Source of the DNA: an uncultured Polaribacter sp.
Lineage (GTDB): Bacteria > Bacteroidota > Bacteroidia > Flavobacteriales > Flavobacteriaceae
DNA length: 64,000 nucleotides
Assembly (NCBI RefSeq): GCF_947503855.1
Contig: NZ_CANNFF010000011.1
Coordinates: 71,038-135,037 of the forward strand
Reading direction: 5' to 3'
Below, piece by piece: positions 36,808-45,457 of this stretch (position 1 is the first letter of the stretch; every line of letters starts with the position of its first letter). The notes beneath the pieces are model-generated. The model made no database searches, had not been told where the DNA came from, and saw only the letters and a list, made by a program, of their open reading frames with translations. Both the position numbers and the translations under genes were made by a program.

Positions 36808-37602
36808 ATGGATATTTTAGAAGCCATTATTCTTGGTATTATTCAGGGTGTAACAGAATTTTTACCAGTCTCCTCTAGTGGTCATTTAGAGTTAGCAAAA
36901 GCCATTTTAGGCGATACTTCTCTACCAGAAGAAAGTTTAACATTTACAGTGGTTTTACATTTTGCAACAGCATTAAGTACCATCCTAATTTTTAGAAAAG
37001 AAATTTTTGACATTATAAAAGGTTTGTTTCAATTTAAATGGAATGATGAATTTAAGTTTTCATTAAAAATTATCATTTCTATGATACCTGCAGTGATTAT
37101 AGGCTTACTTTTTGAAGACGAATTAGAATCTTTTTTTGGCGGAAAAATATTATTAGTAGGTGTCATGTTGTGGGTTACAGCACTATTATTGTTGCTAGCA
37201 GATAAAGCAAAAAATACCAATAAAAAAGTTTCATTTAGTAATTCTGTAATTATTGGTATTTCTCAAGCCATTGCTATGCTACCAGGTATTTCTAGATCTG
37301 GTGCTACCATTTCTACATCGGTTTTATTAGGTATTGATAGAACTAAAGCAGCCCGTTTTTCATTTTTAATGGTGGTTCCGTTAATTTTTGGTAAAATTGG
37401 TAAAGATGTTTTAAGTGGCGATTTAAATTTCCAAGCGTCAGAAACTACCCCAATTATGGCAGGCTTTGTAGCTGCTTTTGTAGCGGGTTTATTAGCGTGT
37501 AAATGGATGATTTCATTAGTAAAAAATAGTAAACTTTCTTACTTTTCCATTTACTGTGGTATTGTTGGTGCTATGGCTATAGGTTATGCGCTTTTAAATT
37601 AA
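36808..37602 (+). CDS. uppP: Undecaprenyl-diphosphate phosphatase
   Basis: GIIQGVTEFLPVSSSGHL and PGISRSGATI signatures. Confidence 0.93.
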   Translation: MDILEAIILGIIQGVTEFLPVSSSGHLELAKAILGDTSLPEESLTFTVVLHFATALSTILIFRKEIFDIIKGLFQFKWNDEFKFSLKIIISMIPAVIIGLLFEDELESFFGGKILLVGVMLWVTALLLLLADKAKNTNKKVSFSNSVIIGISQAIAMLPGISRSGATISTSVLLGIDRTKAARFSFLMVVPLIFGKIGKDVLSGDLNFQASETTPIMAGFVAAFVAGLLACKWMISLVKNSKLSYFSIYCGIVGAMAIGYALLN

Positions 37603-37697
37603 TAAAATTCAATTTTTAATAGTATTAAAATTGATGTTTGAACTAGCTCTACTATTAAGCAGCCTCTTTAATTAAACCTACTGAAAGAATTTTATAA

Positions 37698-38390
37698 ATG
37701 ACAGAAGAAGACTACAAAAACGGACAAGTTTTATTAATTGATAAACCACTTACTTGGACCTCTTTTCAAGTTGTAAATAAACTGCGTTGGGAAATTAAAC
37801 AACAATTTAATCTTAAAAAGATAAAAGTGGGTCATGCAGGTACTTTAGATCCTTTAGCAACGGGTTTATTAATTATTTGTACAGGCAAACAAACCAAACA
37901 AATAAATACCTATCAGGGGCAAATTAAAGAATATACAGGTACTTTTACAATTGGGGCAACTACACCAAGTTACGATTTAGAAACAGAAGTAGATAAAACA
38001 TATCCAACAGCGCATATTTCTGAATCGCTTTTAAAAGAAACTACCCAACAATTTATTGGAGAAATTCAGCAAAAACCACCCATTTTTTCTGCAATTAAAA
38101 AAGACGGTAAACGCTTATACGAATTAGCAAGAAAAGGAGAAACTACAGAAATTAAAACAAGAGCAGTTACTATTTTTGAATTTGAAATTACAAAAACCCA
38201 TTTGCCAAAAGTAGATTTTAGAGTAGTTTGTAGTAAGGGAACTTATATTCGTTCTTTAGCTTTCGATTTTGGAAATGCCCTAAAATCTGGAGCTCATTTA
38301 TCTGCACTTAGAAGAACAAAAATTGGTGATTTTTCTGTGGATAATGCACTTTCTGTGGAGGAATTTATTCAACAATTAAAAGATAATTAA
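37698..38390 (+). CDS. truB: tRNA pseudouridine(55) synthase
   Basis: KVGHAGTLDPLATGLL catalytic Asp motif. About 230 aa. Confidence 0.93.
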   Translation: MTEEDYKNGQVLLIDKPLTWTSFQVVNKLRWEIKQQFNLKKIKVGHAGTLDPLATGLLIICTGKQTKQINTYQGQIKEYTGTFTIGATTPSYDLETEVDKTYPTAHISESLLKETTQQFIGEIQQKPPIFSAIKKDGKRLYELARKGETTEIKTRAVTIFEFEITKTHLPKVDFRVVCSKGTYIRSLAFDFGNALKSGAHLSALRRTKIGDFSVDNALSVEEFIQQLKDN

Positions 38391-38479
38391 TTAAGCTTTT
38401 TGTTTCAGGTGAATTATTTAACGCTGTTAGTTTGTGTGGTTATCCTTATCTGCGTATTTATATCGGTAACTTATCATTA

Positions 38480-40147
38480 TTAAAAATCTGCAGGAACACA
38501 AAAACTAATTTTCTCGTTAGTCTTCGGATGTAAAAATTCGATAAATTCTGCATGTAAATGTAATCTGTTTGCTTTTTTACCATACAAATCATCGCCAATA
38601 ATAGGTGTGTTTAGTCCGTTTTTATGAGCAGCATGCACTCTTAATTGATGCGTTCTACCAGTTACAGGATAAAAATAGACACGTGTTTTGTCTTTTTCAA
38701 TATCAATAACTTCCCAATTAGTTTCTGCATTTTTACCATATGTAAAATCTACTAATTGTTTGGGTCTGTCATCTAAATCTACACGTAAAGGCAATTGTAT
38801 AGAGCCTTTTTTGTCAGTTAAAACACCATCTAATAAGGCTATATAGCGTTTTTTTACAGTCCTATTTATAAACTGACTTTGTAACGCTTTATTAGCTTCT
38901 TTCGTTTTTGTTAATACTAAAATACCAGAAGTAGACATGTCTAATCTATGCACAATTAAAGGCCCAGTTGCATTTGGGTATTGTTGTTGTATTCTCGTGT
39001 ATACAGAGTCTGAAATACTTTTACCTGGTACCGATAAAAACTCTGCTGGTTTATTTACGACAAGCAACACGTCATCCTCAAAAATAATTTTTAATTCTTT
39101 ATTTTTAGATAAGTTTTTAATCAACAAATTTTCTTCTACATCTAAACCCTGTAACATATGTGTTAAAATGGGTTTACATCTGCTTTGGCAAGCAGGATAG
39201 TAATTTTTATGTTTTCTAATAGCCGAGTTAGGCGAAATTCCCCACCAAAATTCTGCCATTGTCACTGGTGTTAAGTTATTTAGAAAAGCATATTGCAATA
39301 ATTTGGGTGCAGCACATTCACCTGAACCTGCAGGAGGTTTTACAGCAGGATTATTAAAAATATCTAACAAACTTTTTTCTTCTTTAGCAACATTTAAAAA
39401 AGCGTATTTGCTAAATAAGGTTTGTTGCAAATAGTTAGATGTTGCTTTTCTTTCTTTTTTTAGTGATGTAATTTCGTCTTCAAAAACAGTAATTTGTTGC
39501 TTAATTTTATCAATTTTCGCATCATAATACAACTGTAATTCTTTTAAAAAAAATTGCTGATTGTAACTTTCTTGTTTTAATTGAGTAGTTAGTTTTTTAA
39601 AATCATCATTATTTAAAACCTTTATTGCTTCTTGTTTTTTCTGCTTTCTAGCAAGCTTAGCTTGTTTTAATTTTAATTTTTGTGCTTTTAAGTCGTTTTG
39701 AATCTTTGTAGTTAAAATTGTAAAATATTTTTTTAAAGCAATGTAATTTTCATTGTTTACCAATTGATCCAATGCTAAATTTATGGCATCTAACTCAGCT
39801 TCACCTTTTACATAAAAACTGTTTTCTGCACGCATATTAAATACAGGAGGAACAAATTTTTTTGGCAAACTATGGTCGTTTAATTTCCCAGAAAAAGCAG
39901 CTAAATAACCAATTTTCCCTTCTTTATTTTTAACCACTAAAACACCAAACATTTTTCCGATTGCATTTTCCTTCTGGTTTTCTAATCCAAAATTATGAGT
40001 AAAATCGGTTTGAGTTTTTAAATATTCTTGAAGCTCAGAAGTTGCAATTTTAGCCAATTTATGGGGTTTGTAATAAAAAGGAAATGTAAACTTTTTAGGA
40101 AGTTTAATTTTAGAAATATCAGTAGAAAAATCTTGCAAATAACTCAA
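38480..40147 (-). CDS. RluA-family pseudouridine synthase with ~345-aa N-terminal module of unknown function
   Basis: C-terminal 210 aa have VVNKPAEFLSVPG and HRLDMSTSGILVL (RluA catalytic motif). N-terminal module has GKMFGVLVV...GYLAAFSG, a long Lys/Gln-rich coiled-coil-like stretch, then GSGECAAPKLL and YYPACQSRCKPIL. Confidence 0.85.
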   Translation of the reverse strand: MSYLQDFSTDISKIKLPKKFTFPFYYKPHKLAKIATSELQEYLKTQTDFTHNFGLENQKENAIGKMFGVLVVKNKEGKIGYLAAFSGKLNDHSLPKKFVPPVFNMRAENSFYVKGEAELDAINLALDQLVNNENYIALKKYFTILTTKIQNDLKAQKLKLKQAKLARKQKKQEAIKVLNNDDFKKLTTQLKQESYNQQFFLKELQLYYDAKIDKIKQQITVFEDEITSLKKERKATSNYLQQTLFSKYAFLNVAKEEKSLLDIFNNPAVKPPAGSGECAAPKLLQYAFLNNLTPVTMAEFWWGISPNSAIRKHKNYYPACQSRCKPILTHMLQGLDVEENLLIKNLSKNKELKIIFEDDVLLVVNKPAEFLSVPGKSISDSVYTRIQQQYPNATGPLIVHRLDMSTSGILVLTKTKEANKALQSQFINRTVKKRYIALLDGVLTDKKGSIQLPLRVDLDDRPKQLVDFTYGKNAETNWEVIDIEKDKTRVYFYPVTGRTHQLRVHAAHKNGLNTPIIGDDLYGKKANRLHLHAEFIEFLHPKTNEKISFCVPADF

Positions 40148-40195
40148 TGTTGAATAAAAATTAAATATACTTGTAAATGATTGTTATAAGGTAAT

Positions 40196-41353
40196 TTATC
40201 CATTATTTTTATAAAAAAGTTGTCTAATAGCAGCAATAAAAAAAGTTTTTATAGGCAAGCTTTTCATAATATAAATATCCTCTAGAAAAGTACTTTGGTT
40301 GCCTAAAAATGCTAAGATTTTTTGGGCAGATATTTTTTGAAACATTCTGGTAAAAATTTCTTTTCCACTAAGTTTTTCTGATAAAATAACTGCGATTAAG
40401 GTTCTGTCATACCAATGATAAATCTTGTCTCTAAAACTTGTTTTTAAATGGGGCTTTTTGCCCAATTTTATTTGATTTACAATTTCTGAAACATTTTTTT
40501 GTATAAACTGAAATGTATAACCACTACTAGCTTTGGTAAAACCTCCAGAAGTGCCTAGGTTGATTACATTTTCTAATGGATAATTTTTAAATGCAGCTAA
40601 AGACATTGGTATAATACCAAATTCTTTATGTACAATCGTATAATTTTCTAGTTGTAACTCGTCTGAAATATATTTTTTAAGTGCTGCAGTATATTTTTCT
40701 TTTGGAAGTATTTTTGGGCTAAATAAGGTATATTCAACTAAAGCTTCTGTACTAGATGTGGGTAAAACATACATAAAAGTAGCTCCATTTTCTTGCGATA
40801 GCCTAAAATCCATCAACCTACCAACTTTTGTATTAAAAAAAGGTTGTTCTGTTTTAATAACCCAACCTTTAAAATGTTGTAAAAGCGAGTTTTCTTCAGT
40901 AATTTTAGGGTTAAAAATAGGTGTAGAGTTAAATACTGTTTTAGCTCTATAACTATTTTTTTCTGTTTTTACAGAGGCCTCATTCTTTGTAGAAGTTATC
41001 TCTAAAACAGTCTCTTTTAAAAACGTAACATTGCTAAAATTTTTGGCAAAACTGATTACAAAATTATAAAAATCAATTCCTTGAATCATTTTGTAGGTAT
41101 AAGTACCTAAGTCTAATTTTTTTTCAAAATTGGTAGATAAAAATTCTAAAGTGTTCCATTTTGCGTATACAATTTCTTCAAAAATACCTGCTTCTTTTTC
41201 CCAGTAACACCAAGTTCTGTCATTATTATTTTTGTGGTCTTTATCAATTACTAAAATAGTAGCATCTTGCAATGTTGGTTCTTTTAAAATAGCATAAAGT
41301 AAGCTTAAACCAGCACAACCAGAACCTGCAATAATATAATCGTATGTTTTCAT
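40196..41353 (-). CDS. crtY: Lycopene cyclase family protein (CrtY-type)
   Basis: FAD fold YDYIIAGSGCAGLSLL and NDRTWCYWE motif. About 385 aa. Confidence 0.8.
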   Translation of the reverse strand: MKTYDYIIAGSGCAGLSLLYAILKEPTLQDATILVIDKDHKNNNDRTWCYWEKEAGIFEEIVYAKWNTLEFLSTNFEKKLDLGTYTYKMIQGIDFYNFVISFAKNFSNVTFLKETVLEITSTKNEASVKTEKNSYRAKTVFNSTPIFNPKITEENSLLQHFKGWVIKTEQPFFNTKVGRLMDFRLSQENGATFMYVLPTSSTEALVEYTLFSPKILPKEKYTAALKKYISDELQLENYTIVHKEFGIIPMSLAAFKNYPLENVINLGTSGGFTKASSGYTFQFIQKNVSEIVNQIKLGKKPHLKTSFRDKIYHWYDRTLIAVILSEKLSGKEIFTRMFQKISAQKILAFLGNQSTFLEDIYIMKSLPIKTFFIAAIRQLFYKNNG

Positions 41354-41354
41354 T

Positions 41355-41840
41355 TTATTTTAAAAATCTACTATACCAACTGTCTTCAATAGGAATTTCC
41401 CAAAAATTATCAAAATCTTGTTTGGTAGTTATAAGGTTGTCAAAAACAATGGTTTTTGCAGTAACAGCTTTATTTTTTAATAACTTTTTAAAGTCTTTTA
41501 AATCTTTGTATTGTACATATTCGCCTTGTTTAAAGCAAACATTCATTTTATCTAAAAGCGCTACTTTATAAATTTGTTGTAACTCTAATATAAAAGAAAC
41601 ACTAGCATCTATATCTACACTTAATAATTTTGTAGAAACATCATCTGCAGCTAAAACTATAAACCTGTTGTAAAGTATTTTAAAAGATGCTTTAAAATCT
41701 TCATCTTCAGATTTCCATTGTGTTACAAAATCTTTTACACTTTGTGTTACTTCTTCTATTTCATTAGGATAAAACTTTCTACTAGATGGATAAATCCAAA
41801 TTTTAGCATCTTCTGGAATGGAATGGAATTCTACAAACAT
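41355..41840 (-). CDS. Conserved hypothetical protein, 161 aa, coupled to crtY
   Basis: Clean ORF. Its stop at 41355-41357 is 1 nt from the crtY ATG at 41353. No motif I recognise. Confidence 0.6.
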   Translation of the reverse strand: MFVEFHSIPEDAKIWIYPSSRKFYPNEIEEVTQSVKDFVTQWKSEDEDFKASFKILYNRFIVLAADDVSTKLLSVDIDASVSFILELQQIYKVALLDKMNVCFKQGEYVQYKDLKDFKKLLKNKAVTAKTIVFDNLITTKQDFDNFWEIPIEDSWYSRFLK

Positions 41841-41874
41841 TTGTTTCTTTTAAAATACAAATATAACCAAAAGA

Positions 41875-41906
41875 AAAACCGTAAGCTTATATAAACTTAC
41901 GGTTTT
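41875..41906 (-). terminator. Intrinsic terminator after the thioredoxin-like gene
   Basis: AAAACCGTAAG...CTTACGGTTTT inverted repeat. Confidence 0.7.
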
Positions 41907-41920
41907 ATAAATGTCGAGTT

Positions 41921-42541
41921 TTAAAAGATTATTTTTTTTTCTGAAAAGCGATGTATTAGCAAACTAACAATATCTTCTTGTACGCTTTTACCTTTATCTT
42001 TATTGTACCAAACTTGTAGGTCTTGCTTAAATTGAGCATCTAAATTACCGTTTTTTGCTTTGTAGTCTGCCACCATTTTTGTGGCTACAGAAGGCCTTGG
42101 TCCCCAAGTAAATATCACATTATGTTCTGTATCTAATGCAATTAATTTTGGAATTGCTCTACCACCGTTGGTTAAAAATAAATCCATGAGTTCTAAATTT
42201 TCGTCTCTTAAAACTACTTTTAAATTGATGTTTGGGTTTATAGCAGCAATTTTGTTAATTACAGGTAAATTTTGTGCGGCATCTCCACACCAACCCTCTG
42301 TTATTGTTAACCAAGTTTGTGGTTCTTTTATGCTATTTATAGTAGTAATTGTATCTTCAGAAATTTGAAGCGTTTTATCTAGGCGTTTCATTCTTCTATC
42401 GTTTAACAAGCTGTAGTTTGTTAAGGCTTCTGATTGTAGGGGACCTGTTGCTTTACCATTTGCTAATAAATTACTTACTAAAGTTCTGTAAGTTTCGTAA
42501 GAAATAGCATTTTGTAAACTTTTTTCTAAACTATTTTTCAT
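41921..42541 (-). CDS. Thioredoxin-fold family protein (monothiol WCGDA variant)
   Basis: TITEGWCGDAAQNLP sits where thioredoxins have WCGPC. About 200 aa. Confidence 0.7.
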   Translation of the reverse strand: MKNSLEKSLQNAISYETYRTLVSNLLANGKATGPLQSEALTNYSLLNDRRMKRLDKTLQISEDTITTINSIKEPQTWLTITEGWCGDAAQNLPVINKIAAINPNINLKVVLRDENLELMDLFLTNGGRAIPKLIALDTEHNVIFTWGPRPSVATKMVADYKAKNGNLDAQFKQDLQVWYNKDKGKSVQEDIVSLLIHRFSEKKIIF

Positions 42542-42646
42542 CTTTTTTATTTTAAATAAAGGTAATTTTTATACTTATTTTTCTTGGTAACCTTTGTTAC
42601 AATTGGGTTTTTTATTAAGACGAAATATACACTAATTTCTTACAAT

Positions 42647-43588
42647 TTATTTTTTAAGATTTATAAGAATATCTTTTGTTATCGCTGCCAAATCAAATTG
42701 ATGTTTCCAATTCCAATCTTTTCTTGCTTCAGAATCGTTAATGTTAGAAGGCCAACTATCTGCTATTTGCTGTCTAAAATCTGGATTGTAGGTAATTGTA
42801 AAATCTGGAACATGTTTTTTAATTTCTTCAAAAATTTCTTTTGGTGTAAAATCTATAGCAGCTAAATTGTAAGAAGTTCTAACTTTAATAGCCTCTGATT
42901 TAGCTTGCATTAATTGGATGGTTGCATTTACAGCATCATCCATATACATCATTGGTAAACGTGTATTTTCTGATAAAAAACAATTAAAATTACCATCTTC
43001 TAATGCTTTAAAATAAATATCTACAGCATAATCTGTAGTACCTCCTCCTGGTTTTGATTTCCAAGAAATAATACCAGGAAAGCGTAAACTTCTAACATCT
43101 ACACCATATTTTTTATGATAATAATTACACCAAAATTCTCCAGAAAGTTTACTAATACCGTAAACTGTAGAAGGTTCCATAATTGTTTTTTGTGGTGTGT
43201 TTTCTTTTGGAGTTGTTGGGCCAAAAACCGCAATAGAACTAGGCCAATATACTTGTTTTATGTGGTTTTCTTTTGCTAAATCTAACACAGCTAATAAAGA
43301 GTTCATGTTTAAGTTCCAAGCTTTCTGTGGATATTTTTCTGCAGTTGCAGATAACATTGCGGCTAATAAATATACTTGTGTTACTTTGTATTTTTTAACT
43401 GTTTTTAAAATGGTTTCTTTATCAGTTGCATCTATAATTTCAAATGGGCCAGATGCCATTATAGCAGCATTTCCACCTCTAATATCTGAGGCAATAACTT
43501 GCTTTTTGCCATACACTGAACGTAGCTTTTCTGTTAACTCGGTTCCTATTTGACCACTAGCACCTAAAACTAATATGGTTTCGTTCAT
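42647..43588 (-). CDS. tdh: L-threonine 3-dehydrogenase, extended-SDR (UDP-glucose 4-epimerase-like) type
   Basis: ILVLGASGQIGTEL Rossmann motif and YGISK catalytic YxxxK. About 313 aa. Close resemblance to the short-chain TDH family known from Flavobacterium and animals. Confidence 0.75.
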   Translation of the reverse strand: MNETILVLGASGQIGTELTEKLRSVYGKKQVIASDIRGGNAAIMASGPFEIIDATDKETILKTVKKYKVTQVYLLAAMLSATAEKYPQKAWNLNMNSLLAVLDLAKENHIKQVYWPSSIAVFGPTTPKENTPQKTIMEPSTVYGISKLSGEFWCNYYHKKYGVDVRSLRFPGIISWKSKPGGGTTDYAVDIYFKALEDGNFNCFLSENTRLPMMYMDDAVNATIQLMQAKSEAIKVRTSYNLAAIDFTPKEIFEEIKKHVPDFTITYNPDFRQQIADSWPSNINDSEARKDWNWKHQFDLAAITKDILINLKK

Positions 43589-43765
43589 ATATTGAATTCA
43601 ATTAAAATTAAAAACAAAGGTACTTAATTTAATTATTCGTAATTATATTTTAAATAAATAATCATTCAATAATTTTAACGCTTTATTTTTTTGTTTTGTT
43701 AGGGTTTTCTTAAAAACGAAAACGGTGCAAGATATTTATGTATTTTTACTTTTTTAAACAAAGTT

Positions 43766-44389
43766 GTGAAATATTTATACATTTTATTGTTATTACTTCT
43801 TGTAATTTCTTGTGGAGATAAACAAGAAAAAGAAGTAGCGGTTAAAACTGCAAAGCCTTTAATGAGTTTGGTTACCAAACACAATGCTACAAAATCGGTA
43901 GCTCCAAAGTTCTTAAACGATGTTGTAGGTTGGCAAAAATTAAAATTGGTAGATTCTTTTTTTGTGAATTACAGAAATATATCGCCTAACGAAGCCTTAA
44001 ATAATGCTGTAGAATTAAAAGATTTGGTAAAAAGTTTAAATGATAGCATTCCAAAAAAATTTAACATTGCGTCTTTTAAGGCTAGAGTAAATGTTTTATA
44101 TAATGAAACCTTAAGGTTGGCAGATTTAAAAGATATTCCTGCAATAAAAGCAACAGAAGTAAATGTACAAGTAGATAAAACCATTGAAGCTTTTTCTGCT
44201 GTAAATATTAAAGTTAATACCATTTTACAGAAACAACGTTTTGAAGATTTAATTGATGTAGATGTTAGTTTTATCGGTTTAGATACCACAAAAATTGATA
44301 ATTTTTCAAAAAAAACAATAGATTTAAAGTTAAAAGAAAAGTTCATCAATAAAAATAATTTAGATAAAGGAGCCTTAAAAAGGCAATAG
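43766..44389 (+). CDS. Hypothetical lipoprotein
   Basis: GTG start. Lipobox LVISCGDK. No recognisable domain. Confidence 0.6.
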   Translation: MKYLYILLLLLLVISCGDKQEKEVAVKTAKPLMSLVTKHNATKSVAPKFLNDVVGWQKLKLVDSFFVNYRNISPNEALNNAVELKDLVKSLNDSIPKKFNIASFKARVNVLYNETLRLADLKDIPAIKATEVNVQVDKTIEAFSAVNIKVNTILQKQRFEDLIDVDVSFIGLDTTKIDNFSKKTIDLKLKEKFINKNNLDKGALKRQ

Positions 44390-44394
44390 TATTG

Positions 44395-44904
44395 ATGAGA
44401 AAATTAGGAATTATATTAAGTGTTTCATTATTGTTTTTTGCTTGTCAATAACTTCCAAAAAAAGTAAGTATTACTTCAGAAAAAGCAACCATAGATAGTG
44501 TTTTGATAAATTGGCACAAAGCAGCTTCAAATGCAAATTACACCAATTATTTTGGTACTTTAGATAGTAGTGCAGTATATATTGGAACAGCTGCAGAAGA
44601 AATTTGGTCTAAAAAACAGTTTTCTAATTTTAGCAAACCTTATTTTGATAGAGGCAAAGCATGGGATTTTAAAACTCTTGAAAGAAATGTATACCTTAAT
44701 GAAATTGGAGATTTTGCTTGGTTTGATGAACTTTTAAATACTTGGATGGGAACTTGCAGAGGTTCTGGAGTATTAGAAAAGAAAAACAATACTTGGAAAA
44801 TTAAACAATATGTATTGTCTGTTGCCATACCAAATGATGATATAAAAGCTGTAATTACTGCAAAAAAGAAAAACGATTCTATTTTTTTAAATAAATATAA
44901 GTAA
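44395..44904 (+). pseudogene. NTF2/SnoaL-like lipoprotein gene interrupted by an in-frame TAA directly after the lipobox
   Basis: ATG 44395 encodes MRKLGIILSVSLLFFACQ, then TAA at 44449-44451. The same frame continues without further stops (LPKKVSITSEKATIDSVL) into the 133-aa ORF that the track starts at TTG 44503. Confidence 0.6.
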
Positions 44905-44908
44905 TCAT

Positions 44909-45385
44909 TTATGCGCTAATTATTTCGTTAACCACTTTATAAATTAATTCGCTTTCAAATCCTTTTCGCATTAAAAAACCAGTTAGTTTTTGTTTTCTTT
45001 TATGGATGTTTGATTCAGAAATAACAGCATTTCTATTTTCTGTAATTCTGTAAATAGTTGTATGGTATTCTTCATCATCAATTTCTTTTAGAGCCGATTT
45101 TATATTGTAGGTAGAAATATCTTTAAACTTTAATTCTCTTACAATTCGTTGTTTGCCCCATTTTTTTATTCTAAACTTTCCTCTAGCAAAACTTTTTGCA
45201 AAGCGTTCTTCGTTTAAAAAATTATCTTTCATTAAGTCTAAAAGAATCAATTCTCTCGCTTCAGGAATTAATTTGTATTCCTTCATTTTTTGCTCTACTT
45301 CTTTATGACATCGATCTTGATAGATACAGTATTGCTCCAGTTTTCGTTTTATTTGGTTTACTGTAAAAGAGGGTTTTTGTAACAT
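44909..45385 (-). CDS. recX: Regulatory protein RecX
   Basis: About 158 aa, repeated three-helix units. N-terminal KLEQYCIYQDRCHKEV is typical of Bacteroidetes RecX. Confidence 0.8.
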   Translation of the reverse strand: MLQKPSFTVNQIKRKLEQYCIYQDRCHKEVEQKMKEYKLIPEARELILLDLMKDNFLNEERFAKSFARGKFRIKKWGKQRIVRELKFKDISTYNIKSALKEIDDEEYHTTIYRITENRNAVISESNIHKRKQKLTGFLMRKGFESELIYKVVNEIISA

Positions 45386-45400
45386 GATTTCGAAAATACA

Positions 45401-45435
45401 AAAAGGATTGAAATCTTAAGACTTCAATCCTTTTT
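45401..45435 (-). terminator. Intrinsic terminator after the RND efflux operon
   Basis: AAAGGATTGAA...TTCAATCCTTTTT inverted repeat between the RND stop (45458) and the recX start. Confidence 0.75.
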
Positions 45436-45457
45436 AATTTAGTTTTATTAAATGGTT

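Noticed and set aside
42584-42865. 93-aa plus-strand ORF overlapping the 3' end of tdh.
   Set aside because: It overlaps a well-supported gene on the other strand. The peptide is Phe/Ile/Lys-rich nonsense with no signal of conservation.
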